Shown piece by piece: positions 23,153 to 32,000 of a DNA stretch of 32,000 bases (within the stretch, counting starts at the first letter, position 1; every line of letters starts with the position of its first letter). The translations under genes were made by a program, and so were the position numbers. Source of the DNA: Gammaproteobacteria bacterium (GTDB lineage: Bacteria > Pseudomonadota > Gammaproteobacteria > S012-40). The stretch lies in NCBI GenBank assembly GCA_029881255.1, contig JAOUMY010000006.1:136013-168012 (forward strand). The letters run 5' to 3'. Under the pieces are notes generated by a model, which searched no databases, was not told where the DNA came from, and saw only the letters and a program-made list of their open reading frames with translations.

Positions 23153-24988
23153 CTATTCCGAGTGAAACACATCGTAGATCTTCTGTGCAAGATCCTTGCT
23201 CACTCCTTTTACAAGTGATAAATCTTCAACGCCAGCACGGGCAATACCCTGCAGGCCACCAAACTGTTTCAGCAACTCCTGACGCCGTTTAGGTCCAAGC
23301 CCGGGGATTTCCTCCAGTGGAGACTGCTGGCGTTTTTTGGCTCTACGCGCCCGGTGCCCCTGTATCGCAAACCGATGCGCTTCATCACGCACGTGTTGAA
23401 TCAGGTGTAGCGCCGGCGAATTGCCCGGCAGTATAAACGGCTGGGGATTTCCCGACAACCACAGCGTCTCCAATCCGGGACGCCTCTCCACTCCTTTGGC
23501 CACGCCTATCATCATCACTGAATCAATCCCTAATTCTTCCATGACTTCCTCCGCCTGGGCCAACTGCCCCTTGGCCCCATCGATCAACAAAATATCCGGC
23601 AGTTTACCCTCTGATTCCCGCACCCGTTTATAGCGTCGCGATAAGGCCTGGCGCATGGCCGCATAGTCATCGCCAGGCGTAATGTCGGTGATATTAAAGC
23701 GACGATAGTCCGACTTCAGTGGTCCGTTGGTGTCAAATACCACACACGAGGCCACCGTCTCCTCGCCCATCGTATGGCTGATATCAAAACACTCGATACG
23801 TTGCGGCAATTCATCCAACGACAAACTATCCTGTAATTGCTCAAAGCGCTGTAACATATTTGCCTTGTCGGCAAGCCTGGCCTGAAGCGAACTCTGTACG
23901 TTGATTTCTGCCAGTTTCAACCAACGCGCCCGTTCACCCCGGACTTTGTCACGTATACGCAGTTTGCGGCCTAACTGTTCACTCAAAACCGCCTCTAGCC
24001 AATCACGATCGGCAGGCATCTCATTGCAGATAATTTCATTCGGAACATAACGCCCACCCTGACGACCGATGTAATACTGTGCAATAAAAGCAGAAAGCAA
24101 TTCCGCCGTATTGCTGTGTTGCGAATGCACAGGAAAAAAAGATTTGCTGCCCAGGCTGTTGCCGCCCCGGATAAAAAAAACAGTCACGCAGGCGATCCCC
24201 TTGTCCATCATCGTCGCGATCACATCGACATCACTCTGTCCTTCGCCGGTAATATACTGCCGCTCCTGAACTTTGCGCAGTGCCATAATCTGATCACGCA
24301 GCATTGCTGCTTTTTCAAAGGCCAACTGTTGCGAAGCATTCTCCATGGCACGCACCAGTTCATTAATCACGTCATCGTTTTTTCCTTCAAGAAACATTTC
24401 CGTATGCCGTACCTGTTGTGCGTAGTCTTCCTTGCTCACCAGATTTACACATGGGGCACTACAGCGTTTTATCTGATACTGCAGACATGGCCGCGAACGG
24501 TTACGAAAAAAACTGTCTTCACATTGACGCACAGCGAAAAGTTTCTGCAACAGATTCAAACTCTCTTTGGCTGCACCTGCCCCAGGAAACGGTCCGAAAA
24601 ATCGCCCTTTTTCCCGGCGTGCGCCGCGATAATAACTCAGCCGTGGAAAGTCTTGCTCGGTGGAAAGATAAATATAGGGATAACTTTTATCATCGCGGTA
24701 CAAAACATTGTACTGAGGGCGTAGGGATTTAATGAGATTACTCTCAAGTATCAATGCCTCGTTTTCGGTGTGCGTAATAGTGACTTCGATACGGTGGATC
24801 TGTGCCACCATTACCCGTGTTTTTATAGACTGATCTGATTTGGTGAAATAGCTTGATACTCGTTTTTTTAAATTCTTGGCCTTGCCGACATAAATGACTT
24901 CATCTCTGTCGTTGATCATGCGATAAACACCAGGCTGTTGAGTCAGACTGGTGAGAAATGACTTATAGTCAAACACGTCTTCCGACAT
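23153..24988 (-). CDS. uvrC: excinuclease ABC subunit C
   Basis: 611 aa with a GIY-YIG N-terminus (PGVYRM...VIYVGKAKNLKKRV), a UVR domain, an endonuclease domain and a C-terminal (HhH)2 (IPGLGPKRRQELLKQFG). Confidence 0.95.
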   Translation of the reverse strand: MSEDVFDYKSFLTSLTQQPGVYRMINDRDEVIYVGKAKNLKKRVSSYFTKSDQSIKTRVMVAQIHRIEVTITHTENEALILESNLIKSLRPQYNVLYRDDKSYPYIYLSTEQDFPRLSYYRGARREKGRFFGPFPGAGAAKESLNLLQKLFAVRQCEDSFFRNRSRPCLQYQIKRCSAPCVNLVSKEDYAQQVRHTEMFLEGKNDDVINELVRAMENASQQLAFEKAAMLRDQIMALRKVQERQYITGEGQSDVDVIATMMDKGIACVTVFFIRGGNSLGSKSFFPVHSQHSNTAELLSAFIAQYYIGRQGGRYVPNEIICNEMPADRDWLEAVLSEQLGRKLRIRDKVRGERARWLKLAEINVQSSLQARLADKANMLQRFEQLQDSLSLDELPQRIECFDISHTMGEETVASCVVFDTNGPLKSDYRRFNITDITPGDDYAAMRQALSRRYKRVRESEGKLPDILLIDGAKGQLAQAEEVMEELGIDSVMMIGVAKGVERRPGLETLWLSGNPQPFILPGNSPALHLIQHVRDEAHRFAIQGHRARRAKKRQQSPLEEIPGLGPKRRQELLKQFGGLQGIARAGVEDLSLVKGVSKDLAQKIYDVFHSE

Positions 24989-24996
24989 GGCCCAAC

Positions 24997-25629
24997 CTAT
25001 TTCTCCAACAAACGCTGCGCCGATTGAAACACCTTGCGAAACATCGCTTCTGTCAGACGCTTTGTTTGGGTGTTGTATCGTGAACAGTGGTATGAATCGA
25101 GCAATGTTAACTCATTCTCGAGTTTGTGTTTGGCATTGTGCGCAAATTTATAAGACGACAATTTCTCTCCCAAGGCTTTCAATACCGCATTATGCGCAAT
25201 ACTGCCCAGGGCGAGTATGACAGAGCCTGGACTCATCGACTGTAACTCAGAAGCGAGAAAGGGATTGCAGATATTGATCTCCTCCCCCGTAGGTTTATTC
25301 TGTGGCGGCAGGCATTTGACCGCATTGGTAATGCGGCAATTTCGCAATTTCAGCCCATCATCGGCCGAAACAGATTCAGCGCGATTGGAAAACCCAAAAT
25401 CATAAAGTGTCTGGTAAAGCAGGATCCCGGCAAAGTCGCCGGTAAACGGCCGCCCGGTTCGATTCGCGCCATGCATGCCCGGTGCAAGACCAACAATTAA
25501 CAAACGGGCTTTTTGATCACCAAAGGCGGGTACGGGCGCAGCAAAATAATCAGGCTTCTCCGACTTCACTTCTTTGAGAAAGTTGGCTAAGCGAGGACAA
25601 CGCTGACAGTTCGCTTCAAATTGGTACAT
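24997..25629 (-). CDS. uracil-DNA glycosylase superfamily protein (family 5/UDGb-like, Fe-S type)
   Basis: N-terminal CQRCPRL and the motif LLIVGLAPGMHGANRTGRPFTGD, which is characteristic of family-5-type UDGs. Later Cys residues (KCLPP...ICNPF) are also present. It lies 8 nt upstream of uvrC. Confidence 0.7.
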   Translation of the reverse strand: MYQFEANCQRCPRLANFLKEVKSEKPDYFAAPVPAFGDQKARLLIVGLAPGMHGANRTGRPFTGDFAGILLYQTLYDFGFSNRAESVSADDGLKLRNCRITNAVKCLPPQNKPTGEEINICNPFLASELQSMSPGSVILALGSIAHNAVLKALGEKLSSYKFAHNAKHKLENELTLLDSYHCSRYNTQTKRLTEAMFRKVFQSAQRLLEK

Positions 25630-25848
25630 TTATACATCCCGAAATTGATGGCGCAGTATATCACTCAACATACACTGAGCAGGATTGAATAATAAAAAGT
25701 CTGACTATCAAAAACACGTCATTTTCACCGTTTTTTGTGTGCCAATAGTAGCTTATATTCCTGTCCTCTGACACCGATTTTCCTGATAACATGCCTGCTA
25801 CTACAAACGGCAATCATTAATTCCATCGCTGCCTATGAACCTCCACTG

Positions 25849-28332
25849 ATGAAACAAGCACAAACACTGGCAAAAAGCACGCTCAGCAGTATCGCTGTAC
25901 GAGTCTCCGTGCTCATTATATTCATCACGGGTCTGACCTATATCCATGTTACCGATTTGTATTCACAACAAACGCTGGATTATCTCGAACGGTATGTCCA
26001 GGAAAGGGCGCAAAACGATAGTGAAATTTTCATGCTGGCGGAGGAGAACCACCGCAGCATGAGAACTTCAATATTGAAAAAACTTGGCGAGCAGTCCAAT
26101 CCAGAGCATTTAATTCGCTTTGATCAACTCTTTGAAAAACTGCCTGATGGTACGACCCGAAACCGGAAAACTGGTGAATCCGAAGAACATCTGCCTTTTG
26201 CTTACATGGGTCGCGACGTTGTTATCGACAACGACCTAAAACATTTGGCCACAATTTTCTACGACGCTAGCCTACAATATGGTTCTGTCTGGCATCATCT
26301 CTTTCAAAATCTATATTTCACGACGCCCAATAATGTATTAATTGGATACTGGCCCGAATTCCCTAACTGGGCTCACGATCTGCCCGCCGATTTTGACATG
26401 ACTACCCAAGAATATGTTTGGATCGCTGACACACAGCATAATCCGAATCGAAAAATGGTCTGGACGGGATTATTTTATGACCTTGGCAGCAAGAGCTGGA
26501 TGACATCTATCGAGACGCCAATTGATTACAATGGAAAGCACATAGCAACCATTGGTAATGACGTCACGTTGAATGAGTTAATCAGTCGCACGTTAAATGT
26601 GAACCTCGAAGGTTCTTACAATATTATTTTTCGCGACGACGGGCGCATGATTGCTCATCCCGAACTGTTAACGCACGTTCAAACCAACCAACAACCGAAG
26701 TTAATTCAGGACATGAATAATCCCGTCCTGAAGAATATCTTCGAGGCAGTAAAAAATCACCAGAGCAGCTCCATGATAATCGACGATCCTGGGTTAGACG
26801 CCTATCTTGCTGTAGCTCGCTATGAAGGCCCTGACTGGCATTTCGTAACTGTATATCCGCGTAATTTGGTTAATGGTGCGGCATATGATACGGCAAGCTT
26901 TATACTTATTGCCGGGATACTCTCGCTGGCGCTTGAGCTTTTGATTTTTTATTCAGTTATACGTAGAAAAGTTGCTTTGCCTTTTTCTTCATTTCTCACC
27001 ACTATCGGACGCGTCTCTCGAGGTGACTACGACTCAAAACTTGACGACTCACGCAAGGACGAACTCGGACATTTCGCTGCGGCGTTTAATCATATGATCC
27101 AGGTTGTCCAAGAACGAACCAGACAACTTGAATCAAGCCAGAATTTACTGAAAAAGGCTTTGGAAAAAGAGACCCGTGAGGCACAAAACAACCGCGCGCT
27201 TTTTGAATTGTCACCGATAGGACTCGCACTCACCAATATGCGGGGTGATCTTATCGAAGTAAATTCTGCCTATGCCAACATTATTGGCTACACCACCGAA
27301 GAGTGTAGCGAACTAAGCTACTGGGACATCACCCCAGAAAAATATGCCCTGATGGAACAACAGCAACTTAATTCACTTAATCAAACGGGGCGATACGGCC
27401 CATATGAAAAAGAGTACCGACACAAGAATGGGCATCTGGTTCCGGTCCGGCTTGTCGGCATGATTTTATACCGTGATGGAGAGCGCTTTATCTGGTCTAG
27501 CGTGGAAAACATCGCCAGCGAAAAGAATATTCAGAAACACCTGGAACAATTGGTTAAAGAACGCACGCAGGAACTAGAGAATGCACAGACAGAACTTATA
27601 CGCAGGGAAAGACTCGCCACTCTTGGACAATTGACGGCAACCGTGAGTCACGAAATGCGCAATCCGCTAGCGGCGATCAGACCGGCGGTTTACATCCTGA
27701 AGCGAAAATTCGCAGAAACCGAGGATGAAAGTGTAGCCAAAGTTCTGGAGCGCATTGATCGAAACATAACGCGCTGTGATCACATTATTGATGAATTGCT
27801 CGATTTTGCTCGAACCTCTAATCTCTATTTTTCAAATATCCAAATTGATGAATGGCTAAAAGAAGTCGTAAAAGAACAAACTATACATCCCGGCATTATG
27901 GTTGACCTCGAGCTCGGACTCAATGAGGTCTCGATAAGAATTGACTCAAATAAGGCCAGACGCGCCATTATCAATATTATTGAAAATGCTTGCCACGCCA
28001 TGCTCAATGACAGCCGGGCATCGCCAATACACGACAAGTGCCGTCTTCGAATTAGCACTCGTCAAAATAGTCATTACATTGAGATATCCGTCGAAGACAA
28101 CGGAATCGGGATGTCACAGGACGTATTGGATCAGATATTCGAACCGCTATATTCCACCAAATCTTTCGGTGTCGGTCTGGGCATGCCAATCATAAAGCAA
28201 ATCATGAATCAACATAACGGAGAAATAGACATCGTCAGTACACCTGGCCACAGCACTACGGTTACCTTACGATTCCCCATTAGCCATTCTCAAAATACAA
28301 CTATGGAAAGCAAAGATACGGTTACTGCCTGA
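25849..28332 (+). CDS. membrane sensor histidine kinase (Cache-like periplasmic domain, HAMP, PAS, HisKA, HATPase_c)
   Basis: Two TM segments flank a ~320-aa periplasmic domain. It has a HAMP domain (DELGHFAAAFNHM), a PAS domain (SPIGLALTNMRGDLIEVNSAY...), an H-box (SHEMRNPL) and ATPase boxes (ENACHAM, DNGIGM, GVGLGM). The track start at TTG 25735 is probably an over-extension, and ATG 25849 precedes TM1. Confidence 0.8.
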   Translation: MKQAQTLAKSTLSSIAVRVSVLIIFITGLTYIHVTDLYSQQTLDYLERYVQERAQNDSEIFMLAEENHRSMRTSILKKLGEQSNPEHLIRFDQLFEKLPDGTTRNRKTGESEEHLPFAYMGRDVVIDNDLKHLATIFYDASLQYGSVWHHLFQNLYFTTPNNVLIGYWPEFPNWAHDLPADFDMTTQEYVWIADTQHNPNRKMVWTGLFYDLGSKSWMTSIETPIDYNGKHIATIGNDVTLNELISRTLNVNLEGSYNIIFRDDGRMIAHPELLTHVQTNQQPKLIQDMNNPVLKNIFEAVKNHQSSSMIIDDPGLDAYLAVARYEGPDWHFVTVYPRNLVNGAAYDTASFILIAGILSLALELLIFYSVIRRKVALPFSSFLTTIGRVSRGDYDSKLDDSRKDELGHFAAAFNHMIQVVQERTRQLESSQNLLKKALEKETREAQNNRALFELSPIGLALTNMRGDLIEVNSAYANIIGYTTEECSELSYWDITPEKYALMEQQQLNSLNQTGRYGPYEKEYRHKNGHLVPVRLVGMILYRDGERFIWSSVENIASEKNIQKHLEQLVKERTQELENAQTELIRRERLATLGQLTATVSHEMRNPLAAIRPAVYILKRKFAETEDESVAKVLERIDRNITRCDHIIDELLDFARTSNLYFSNIQIDEWLKEVVKEQTIHPGIMVDLELGLNEVSIRIDSNKARRAIINIIENACHAMLNDSRASPIHDKCRLRISTRQNSHYIEISVEDNGIGMSQDVLDQIFEPLYSTKSFGVGLGMPIIKQIMNQHNGEIDIVSTPGHSTTVTLRFPISHSQNTTMESKDTVTA

Positions 28333-28355
28333 CACTTACCAGAGCCGGTTGCGTA

Positions 28356-31010
28356 TCAAACATCCCCGAGAGTTTTTGCCACAATTTCGTACACATCTTT
28401 CGGCAGTCCCGCGGCTTGCTCAATTCGAGTCAATTGCGCACGCATCATATCCGCTCGCTGAGTATCGAATCGACGCCACTGACTGAAGGCAGTTGCAATG
28501 CGCGCAGACATTTGTGGATTCAATTTGGCCAACTCAAGGACGGCATCCGCGACAAAATGATAGCCTTCACCGGAAACATCGTGAAAATGCACCGGGTTTC
28601 CAAAGGCAAATCCGCCAATAACGGAACGAACTTTGTTTGGATTGCGGATTTCAAAAGCCGGATGCTGTACGAGCGACTTGATCTGAGCAATGGCATCGGG
28701 TTGGTCAGCTCGTGATTGAACAGCAAACCATTTATCTACAACCAGTGGATCGTATTGCCACTTGTCGTAGAAACGCTGTAACACCTCAAGCCGTTCCCCA
28801 CAGGCGATATTGGCCAACGCGCCCATCGCTGCCAATTCGTCCGTCATATTATTCGCATTATCGAATTGATGTACTGCCAATGCTCTGGTATCTGCATCAT
28901 TGAGACGAACCAGGTAGGCTAGTGCCGTATTTTTCAGTTGACGAGCAGCAACGTTTTCCGCGTTGAAAACATAATCACCTTCCAGTCGATTTGACTGATA
29001 CGTCTTCTGCCAATCCTCGCGCAATGCTGAAGCTAAACGATTTGCCACGAATTCACGTGCCCGGTGAATAGCGGCAGGGTCGACAACGCTTTGCATCTCT
29101 GCCAGATAGATTTCATTTGGTAGCATCAGCGCCTGTGACACCAATGATTTGTCCAGTTGTTCGTTTAACAACACCTTGCGAAAAGCCTGAACAAGATCAT
29201 CACGCAATGACAGCGTTTTGCCCACACTAAGATCACCGATCAATCCATTGATGATACGCACGGCCAGGCGTTGTCCAGCTTCCCAACGATTGAATTCATC
29301 GTTGTCATTGGCCATCAGAAACATCAATTCATCGTCGCTATAATCGAATTCCAGTTTTACCGGCGCCGAAAAACCACGCAGCAGTGACGGTACAGGCTCG
29401 CGTTTGATTTGAGTAAATCGAAACTCCTCACTACTGTTCTTTAACTCCAGTATTTGCTTGCCTTCAATGACAGTCGCACCTGAACTGGCATGGAGGGCTA
29501 AATCGTTACCCTCATGATCGAGCAAACCGACGGCGACCGGAATATGAAACGGTTCCTTTTTCGACTGTCCCGGCGTTGCAGGACAAGCCTGCGTAAAACG
29601 CAAAACATACTCCTGTTTAACGGCATCATATTCACGCTCGACATTCACTACTGGCGTTCCAGCCTGGCTATACCAATGCTTAAACTGGCTTAGATCGACT
29701 CCGCTGGCGTCCTGCATGGCCTGAGCAAAATCATCGCAAGTGACGGCCTGTCCATCGTGTCGCTGAAAATATAAATCCATACCCTTGCGAAAGTTCTCTT
29801 TGCCTATCAAGGTATGCATCATGCGCACGACTTCGGCGCCCTTGTTATACACGGTCACAGTGTAGAAGTTACTAATGTCGATAAAAGAGTCCGGTCGTAC
29901 CGGATGGGCCATGGGCCCGGCGTCTTGTGGAAATTGTGCTGTGCGCAATACGTTCACATCCGCAATACGTTTCACCGGACGCGACATAACATCGGAGGTA
30001 AATTCCTCGTCGCGAAAAACTGTCAATCCTTCTTTCAAACTCAACTGAAACCAATCGCGGCAAGTGACGCGATTTCCCGTCCAGTTGTGAAAATATTCAT
30101 GTGCGATAATGGCTTCGATATTTTCAAAATCTGCATCCGTGGCCGTGTCGGAACGCGCCAACACGCAAGAGGAATTGAAAATATTTAGTCCCTTGTTTTC
30201 CATCGCGCCCATATTGAAGTCATTCACCGCGACGATCATGTAAATATCCAGATCATATTGCAGACCAAATACCTCTTCATCCCATTTCATGGCCTTCTTC
30301 AGTGCCAACATCGCGTGGGCGGTTTTGTCTATATTTGCCTTCTCAACAAAGATCTGTAAAACCACTTCGCGGCCGGAGCGGGTAACAAAGGTATCTTCCT
30401 GGTGCAGCAAATCGCCAGCAACCAGAGCGAACAGATAACTGGGTTTACGGTAGGGGTCATGCCATTTCACCCAATGACGACCATCATCAAACACCCCTTC
30501 GTCCACTCGATTGCCATTGGATAGTAATACGGGATACTTTTCGCGATCGGCAATTACTGTGGTGGTGTAAAACGCCATCACATCCGGTCTGTCGAGAAAA
30601 TACGTAATGCGGCGAAACCCTTCGGCCTCACATTGGGTGCAAAACATACCACTGGATTTATATAAACCTTCGAGAGTGGTGTTGTTCTGAGGCTCAATCA
30701 GCGTTGCAATCTGTAAATGAAATTCTTCCGGTACGCTATTGAGCGTGATTCCTTCAGCGTTTTGTGAATACCCACTTTCAGCTAATTCGTCACCATTGAT
30801 CGAAATCTGCGCCAGTTGCAATTCGGTTCCATATAAAAACAAACTCGTGTCAGTGCCCTGATAGAGGGGATTGCGCTTGACGTGACTCAAGGCCGTAACC
30901 CTCGTCTGTTCCTCACCCAATTCAAATGTCAGTTGCACGTGATCGATCAGGAAATTGGACGGTTGGTAGTCTTTAAGATAGGTGATGCGTGGCGAATCCG
31001 TGGTTTTCAT
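28356..31010 (-). CDS. pepN: aminopeptidase N (M1 family)
   Basis: 884 aa with GAMEN and the zinc motif HEYFHNWTGNRVTCRDWFQLSLKEG. Full-length PepN architecture. Confidence 0.95.
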   Translation of the reverse strand: MKTTDSPRITYLKDYQPSNFLIDHVQLTFELGEEQTRVTALSHVKRNPLYQGTDTSLFLYGTELQLAQISINGDELAESGYSQNAEGITLNSVPEEFHLQIATLIEPQNNTTLEGLYKSSGMFCTQCEAEGFRRITYFLDRPDVMAFYTTTVIADREKYPVLLSNGNRVDEGVFDDGRHWVKWHDPYRKPSYLFALVAGDLLHQEDTFVTRSGREVVLQIFVEKANIDKTAHAMLALKKAMKWDEEVFGLQYDLDIYMIVAVNDFNMGAMENKGLNIFNSSCVLARSDTATDADFENIEAIIAHEYFHNWTGNRVTCRDWFQLSLKEGLTVFRDEEFTSDVMSRPVKRIADVNVLRTAQFPQDAGPMAHPVRPDSFIDISNFYTVTVYNKGAEVVRMMHTLIGKENFRKGMDLYFQRHDGQAVTCDDFAQAMQDASGVDLSQFKHWYSQAGTPVVNVEREYDAVKQEYVLRFTQACPATPGQSKKEPFHIPVAVGLLDHEGNDLALHASSGATVIEGKQILELKNSSEEFRFTQIKREPVPSLLRGFSAPVKLEFDYSDDELMFLMANDNDEFNRWEAGQRLAVRIINGLIGDLSVGKTLSLRDDLVQAFRKVLLNEQLDKSLVSQALMLPNEIYLAEMQSVVDPAAIHRAREFVANRLASALREDWQKTYQSNRLEGDYVFNAENVAARQLKNTALAYLVRLNDADTRALAVHQFDNANNMTDELAAMGALANIACGERLEVLQRFYDKWQYDPLVVDKWFAVQSRADQPDAIAQIKSLVQHPAFEIRNPNKVRSVIGGFAFGNPVHFHDVSGEGYHFVADAVLELAKLNPQMSARIATAFSQWRRFDTQRADMMRAQLTRIEQAAGLPKDVYEIVAKTLGDV

Positions 31011-31016
31011 CTGTCG

Positions 31017-31511
31017 CTATCCAATAATGATTTGCTTTAAATATTGAAAAATGGCACGTGCCGACTTGGGTGGCTTGTTCGCCGCGCGCTCCCGCTGGTT
31101 ATTCCGAATCAATTGCCTTAGATGCTGGACATCAATATCAGGATATTGTGATATTAGCTCCTCCAAGGCTCCACCAGATTCGCCGAGCAACCGGTCTCGC
31201 CAGTGTTCGATCTCGTGAAACGCTTCGACATTTTGGTGATGCCGATCATCATAGCGCGCCAGTTCCTGAGCAATCGGTTCAACATCTATGCCGCGCAACA
31301 ACTTCCCCAGGTATTGAAACTGTCGTTTTTTTGCTGCATACGACCGTATACTTCGCGCCTCGCGCACAGCCTCAAGTATATTGTCAGGCAGACCCAGCTC
31401 GACTAACACCTTCTCGGGCATCGCCACCAATCGTTCACCCATCTCGCGTATGGCATGGGCCTCGCGCTTGAGTTGGCTTTTACTTACTAATTCGTCGTTA
31501 TCTTCCGTCAT
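31017..31511 (-). CDS. yjgA: ribosome-associated protein YjgA/DarP (DUF615)
   Basis: 164 aa with the YjgA-typical strings SKSQLKRE, LPDNILEAVREARSI and KRQFQYLGKLLR. It lies 6 nt upstream of pepN. Confidence 0.8.
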   Translation of the reverse strand: MTEDNDELVSKSQLKREAHAIREMGERLVAMPEKVLVELGLPDNILEAVREARSIRSYAAKKRQFQYLGKLLRGIDVEPIAQELARYDDRHHQNVEAFHEIEHWRDRLLGESGGALEELISQYPDIDVQHLRQLIRNNQRERAANKPPKSARAIFQYLKQIIIG

Positions 31512-31526
31512 TTACGTAACAGCCTT

Positions 31527-31554
31527 TTGAGTCTGCCTCCTACTTAGGTATATA
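31527..31554 (+). promoter_or_regulatory. candidate sigma70 promoter of the small zinc-ribbon membrane protein gene
   Basis: TTGAGT (31527-31532), a 16-nt spacer, then TATATA (31549-31554). This sits about 85 nt upstream of ATG 31640. Confidence 0.35.
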
Positions 31555-31639
31555 CTTAGCGCTCGCTGTCAAACTGCTCAATGGACAAATAAACCTTAGA
31601 GCATAGTTGGCTGAATTATATACCCATTTTGGAGACATC

Positions 31640-31921
31640 ATGCAGCAAGCCGAAACCATACAAGGCATTCAATGCAAGGATTGCGGCTTTCAGGGAGAAG
31701 CCAGATCAAACAGTTCGCAATTATTTCTCATTTTCATTGCCATGATACTGTTGTCGGCTTTTTTTCTGCCGCTGATTATACTCGCCCTTGCCTACCTGGT
31801 CTGGATAATTTCGAAACCATCGAAAAAATCATGCCCGCAATGCAAATCGCATAATATCGAAACGGCGACACTGTCGCTGGAAAAGAAAACGTCGAACATG
31901 GAAGCGGATGAAAGTCATTAA
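31640..31921 (+). CDS. small membrane protein with split zinc ribbon (LITAF-like topology)
   Basis: The order is CKDC, then a ~32-residue hydrophobic stretch (LFLIFIAMILLSAFFLPLIILALAYLVWII), then CPQC. An SD (GGAGA) lies 4 nt upstream of ATG 31640. The track start at 31607 is an over-extension. Confidence 0.55.
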   Translation: MQQAETIQGIQCKDCGFQGEARSNSSQLFLIFIAMILLSAFFLPLIILALAYLVWIISKPSKKSCPQCKSHNIETATLSLEKKTSNMEADESH

Positions 31922-32000
31922 CAAAAAAATTTGAATGTACTGTTGACGTCTAAGCCCGACTGATGTGGAATATAGCCCACCACCAAAAACGGAACACTCA

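Noticed and set aside
1-32000. Search for tRNA/rRNA genes, CRISPR repeats, IS elements, integrases, toxin-antitoxin pairs or known defence-system genes
   Set aside because: None found. There are no regularly spaced direct repeats, no cloverleaf-like segments in the ORF-free stretches, and no transposase, recombinase, nuclease or helicase-like ORFs other than uvrC.
31922-32000. TTGACG ... GGAATAT promoter-like sequence at the window edge
   Set aside because: The spacing to any acceptable -10 is 17-20 nt and the hexamers are weak. The downstream gene lies outside the window, so it cannot be evaluated.

Overview
The window reads as a contiguous, gammaproteobacteria-like chromosomal segment. Supporting gene content includes yjgA/darP-pepN, uvrC-pgsA adjacency and mobA-mobB-moeA. 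I call about 27 protein-coding genes and found no rRNA, tRNA, CRISPR array, transposase or integrase. All product calls rest on reading the ORF translations for family motifs. No database search was possible, so homology statements are recollection-based.

Layout:
- 145-4388 (+): an MFS permease, then a translationally coupled guanine deaminase-mobA-mobB-moeA block.
- 4453-4941 (-): a Lys/Ala-rich histone-H1-like protein built from short tandem repeats.
- 5378-14608: a block that encodes only exported or surface proteins. One arm is a minus-strand operon of a beta-barrel OMP and two paralogous S8 subtilases. The divergent arm encodes a Calx-beta/DUF1566 lipoprotein, a stand-alone DUF1566 protein and a Gly/Met-rich secreted protein.
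- 14617-18178 (-): an operon of a soluble hybrid histidine kinase, an HD-GYP response regulator and a CheY-like protein.
- 18400-21318 (-): a co-oriented run of poorly characterised genes headed by an Irr-type (Cys-less, HHH-motif) Fur-family regulator. It includes a small orphan, a multi-pass membrane protein and a His-rich periplasmic protein.
- 21498-25629 (-): housekeeping genes thiO, pgsA, uvrC and a family-5-like UDG.
- 25849-31921: an orphan Cache/HAMP/PAS histidine kinase, pepN, yjgA and a small LITAF-like split-zinc-ribbon membrane protein.

The best candidate for something undescribed is the OMP-S8-S8 operon. Both proteases end in the same tripartite tail (R-S-G-x-G-C, then D-P, a short hydrophobic helix and a basic cluster). 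This looks like a C-terminal sorting or lipid-anchoring signal related to, but distinct from, GlyGly-CTERM and MYXO-CTERM. No cognate sorting enzyme is visible in the window.
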